A stretch of DNA of 64,000 nucleotides. Origin: Chiloscyllium plagiosum (Eukaryota). Below are positions 60,130 through 64,000 of this stretch, one piece after another. Position 1 is the stretch's first letter, and every line of letters begins with the position of its first letter. The notes beneath the pieces were generated by a model. The model saw nothing but the letters and a program-made list of their open reading frames with translations. It ran no database searches and was not told the origin of the DNA. The position numbers were made by a program, and so were the translations under genes. Location: contig NC_057718.1 of NCBI RefSeq assembly GCF_004010195.1, positions 41,944,444 to 42,008,443 of the forward strand. The letters run 5' to 3'.

Positions 60130-60774
60130 ACGGAATCTCACCCTTCAGCTCAGAAATTGTTGTTCATGTGCTATTCAAACATTAGTTGTGGGCTAATCAG
60201 TCCAAGAAGAATCAATATGCAGGTGTGCAAATAATTGTGCTATTTTCAATCTCTGGGGTACCATCTAAAGGAAACAGTGCTATTTATTTATACGAGTAAG
60301 TTCTCTTTGGTTGGTGAAAGTTTAATATTCACATTGATATTTTCAAAAATGAATATTAGGTCATATAGAAACAAAGTGACAACACAGGTACAGTAAATGA
60401 CTCTTCAGAATGTGGATAGCCAGCATAGCTACAAACAGTAGTCTGCAGCAATTCAAGTGTTAACTTGGAAGGAGTTAATTAATAAAAACTGGTTGCCACT
60501 GGAAGTGCCACAATTTTGCACATTGTGCAAAAGTCTTCTTAAATTGATGGCAATCAATCAACCGAAGCCTTTCTGCTAAACTTCAAACTTCTTTGTTGCT
60601 CCTCTACTGTCATTGACAGGTATCCTTGTCTAGCATAGGAAAGATGCTATCTCATGAAGCAGCAAGTCTTGATAGTATCCAATGTACAAGATATTAGAGG
60701 CAATTCTTGCTGACCTTTTACTATTCAGTCTAATATTAGCAAACGATTAAATATGCGCTTCTTTAATGGTGGTA

Positions 60775-61036
60775 GAGTCAGAGTCATACAGCACAGAAAC
60801 AGACCTTTTGACACAACTTGTCATGCCAATCAGTTTCCTAAACTGAACTAGTCCCATTTGTCTGCATTTGACCCATATCTTTCTGAACCTTACTTATCTA
60901 TGTACCTGTCCAAATGTCTTTTAAATGTTGTAAATATACTCACCTCTACAACTTCTTCTGGCTGCTTGTTCCATATATACACCATCCTCTGTTTGAAAAG
61001 GTTGCCCTCAGCTCTCTTAAATCTTTCCTCTCTCAC
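60775..61036 (-). mobile_element. CR1 3'-terminal fragment
   Basis: Collinear with 55194-55270 plus 55600-55790. Confidence 0.85.
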
Positions 61037-61499
61037 ATATGACACCTGTGTGTCCCACGCCAACACCAAATATGCAGTACAGTCCCGTTCATCTTTTTGA
61101 AACTCAGATACTTTGGAAGATGATCTGCCACCTTGATGTGGGCTTTTGCCCCCAGCAAGATATTTGTACCTGATGCAGCAATATTTATGTTAGCTCCTTA
61201 AAGCATGAACTGAATTTGAGCTACATACTTCTGATAGAGGAGTCAGATGTTTATTACAGCTCCTGATATCTACATATATTACAATTGCAGGCACTTCAGT
61301 GTATGGGCTAATAACAAGCTATTTTACATCAGCTTGACACAACTTCAGTTGGATACTGAGAGCTTTATACCCTCTGATCACACACTTTGATGCAGTGGTG
61401 ATATATCACAAGTTCTACTGTAAACTGCTGGTGAGACATAACAGGTTCACTGAAATACAGCTGTTTCCTGCACTGTTCACTTTAGGTATTTTCAATCAA

Positions 61500-61595
61500 C
61501 CTATTCAGAGGTGTCATTGAACTCCTCTGGGGAGGAGTGGGACTTGAACATAGGCCTCTGAGCCAAGAAGTATGGACATTACCGTCATGCCACAA
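61500..61595 (-). mobile_element. tRNA-derived SINE head fragment
   Basis: Minus strand TGTGGCATGACGGTAATGTCC...GTTCAAGTCCCAC (A/B-box-like). Confidence 0.5.
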
Positions 61596-61985
61596 AAACC
61601 CCCCCTCACTGTTTGCTAAATGGCCATCTAATTCTAATGGTCAAGTCGAGCTAGGTATCCCATGTTTCTTTCAGTCACTAACTCATCATCAGGCATGTGC
61701 TTGATGGTGTTGTCTTCAGGGAAAAAACATCTGCCACCCTTTCCCGGTCTGGCCCAAATGTAACTTCAGACTACAGAAATGTAGGTCTCTCTCAATCCCG
61801 CCTCCAAAGTGGCCCACAGAGGCATTCAATTCACCAATAAAAACAAAACATGGTAACTAATATAGATACTCTGGGATAGAGTCTCCTGTTTTGGCACAGC
61901 TGGGAAATTGTATCCAAGATACAATTAAAATTGTGCTAGATAGATTATTGTTTAAGTTACCAAAAAGATTAATAGCATCATTACA

Positions 61986-62212
61986 TGTGGAGTTTGCACG
62001 TTCTCCCCGTGTCTGCGTGGGTTTCCTCCGGGTGCTCCGGTTTCCTCCCACAGTCCAAAGATGTGCAGGTCAGGTGAATTGGCCATGCTAAATTGCCCGT
62101 AGTGTTAGGTAAGGGGTAAATGTAGGGGTATGGGTGGGTTACGCTTCGGCGGGTCGGTGTGGACTTGTTGGGCCGAAGGGCCTGTTTCCACACTGTAATG
62201 TAATCTAATCTA
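61986..62212 (+). mobile_element. 5'-truncated young HE1-type SINE
   Basis: Near-identical to the 3' two-thirds of the 55276 and 59821 copies; TSD ATTACA at 61980-61985 and 62213-62218. Confidence 0.95.
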
Positions 62213-62759
62213 ATTACAAATGCAAAATCTGCAATGGACTAGTGCAATTGAACAGTTTAATAGAACATAATCATTTCTTTGTTCTCCTTCCACTACGAAG
62301 TATTCCTTGATGTATTTATGAATGGTGACCAGATTCAATTTTATTAACATAGTTGAAAATGGTTATTTTCATCTAAAACAAGCAATTTCAATAAGTTTTG
62401 TGTCCTCTGGTTGTGAGTAAAATCAATGAAAATAACTTTAAACTCATTTAATTGCCTCTTCTGTTATACTAGTCCACTTTCTTGGTGAACTGAATATCTT
62501 CTGATATGAAAAAGCTTTTTAAATAGGTCTGCTACTGGCTGCAAACAGTGCACTTGGCAGAAGGCCATAATATTGGCCTAGGGACATAGTCAGTTTTGTG
62601 GATGAAGCCTGATCCAGGTGAATTGCATGCTGATCCAAAATTAAAGATCATGAAAAGCACAAAACAGGGTGGAAAAGGCCTTAACTCAATTGCCTTTAGG
62701 AATCCATTATCTTTTAAACTGCTTCGAGTGATTTTGCCAGGTTACACCGATGTAACTGT

Positions 62760-63205
62760 CGGCTGTGGCTCAGTTGATATCACTCTTTCCTCTGAAGCCA
62801 AAAGGTCCAGGGTTTAAATATTTCTCCACGACTTGAGCACAAAAATCAAGGATGGCAGTCCAGTGCAGTACTGTGAGGGCACTGGCACAGTTGCCAGCTT
62901 TTGAATGTAATGTCAACCTGAGCCTCCATTTCCCTACTTGGATTGATGCAAAAGTTCCTATGGCACTATTTTGAAGACCAGTAGGGGAATTATTTCAGAT
63001 AGCCATACTTAAAGTTGAGCTTTCCACTGCTATTATAAACATAAATAAATTGTCACTATACTGTGTCGTATTGCTGAACCCAAATTAGAAGTCACGTTTC
63101 GTGTACCACATTAGTGACGACACTTGAAAAGTACTCCATCAGATAGAAAATGCTTTGAGACCTCAAGTGGTTGTGAAAGATGGATTATATATGCAAGCTT
63201 TTTTT
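62760..63205 (+). mobile_element. Deu-domain SINE (SacSINE1-like), full-length and diverged
   Basis: tRNA-like head GTGGCTCAGTTG...GGGTTTAAAT; Deu-like core CCAGTGCAGTACTG...AAAAGTTCCTATGGCACTATTTTGAAGA; tail GTGAAAG...TATATATGCAAG. Confidence 0.75.
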
Positions 63206-64000
63206 ATTGGTGTAAACGAATGGGAACTCAACTATTAACTTTCCCAAAGATGTATTTCTGCTAGTGCCTTTCCGTCATATCAGCGATGCAAGACTGCAAC
63301 AATGTCGGGCGAGTCCTCTAATATTTCCGATCTGGCATCTAAATTAATGTTCTTGGTGATTTGAGTGTATTCACCCTCACAGTCCATTGTTGCCTCCCAG
63401 CAATTTTATTCATGTCAGGAAATAAGTGGTAAGTAAGCACAGCACCGAAACCGAACATATCAGCAGGCACCCCCTCCCCCCCACCCCCAACCCCCACATA
63501 TCTCGAATGCCGTTGGCGTAGTGCTTTACACCAACATTAATTTCTAAGTTATCAGTTCAGACTAATGAAGCTGTGTGGTAAGAAGCCTTCATGGGGAAAT
63601 GAGAAGTTAATGTCAAATTGGATTGGGGGATGGGAGCTAAATGAAGACTCTACATTCTGTATGTAACAGAACATAAGTTGTGCATTGATTGTCTTTTGTC
63701 AAGGATCTTACATTTGGTGCAACCTACATATATCTGACAATTTAATTGAGAAACATCTGTTCCCTGCTTGAGGCATGTGTTGCTTGTTTTACCCTTTGAT
63801 TATTGCTTATTCATTTTAGCTTGATGTACCTGAAGATTCTTTTAACTCTTTAAGAACCAAACTTCTTTTTCACTTACAAAGTGAGTTTAAATGTGGCTCC
63901 TGCGCTGTTCCTTGAGGTAGCAGTGTTGCTGCATGGCATCAAGTATTCTCTTTTATATCAAATGTACCATAAGAACACAAAACAAAATGATCTAGTTGGT

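Overview
This is eukaryotic, AT-rich, repeat-dense vertebrate DNA, most likely intronic or intergenic. HE1-type and Deu-domain SINEs, CR1 LINEs and Penelope-like elements point to an elasmobranch (shark/ray) genome; that assignment is inferred from the repeat families. There are three assembly gaps (11608-12107, 18518-19434, 40632-41107). I found no confidently identifiable host protein-coding gene, rRNA, functional tRNA or CRISPR array. Every recognisable ORF comes from a mobile element: CR1 RT, an L2/CR1-group LINE ORF2, a Penelope RT + GIY-YIG, Gypsy gag/protease relics and Harbinger-type Myb/SANT relics. The main points of interest are: (i) eight hammerhead-ribozyme-like motifs on Penelope 3' ends, including ~100-140 bp mini-insertions that start at the ribozyme core; (ii) a palindromic head-to-head Penelope insertion; (iii) a clean solo LTR with a 4-bp TSD inside a CR1; (iv) a LINE carrying three nested insertions; (v) a TIR/TSD-bounded Harbinger-like fossil plus four Myb relics; and (vi) a tentative minus-strand promoter and first coding exon near 24.7-24.96 kb, with several enhancer-like unique islands. 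I cannot claim a new biological system. All family assignments are by eye and need database confirmation, and boundaries without TSDs are approximate.
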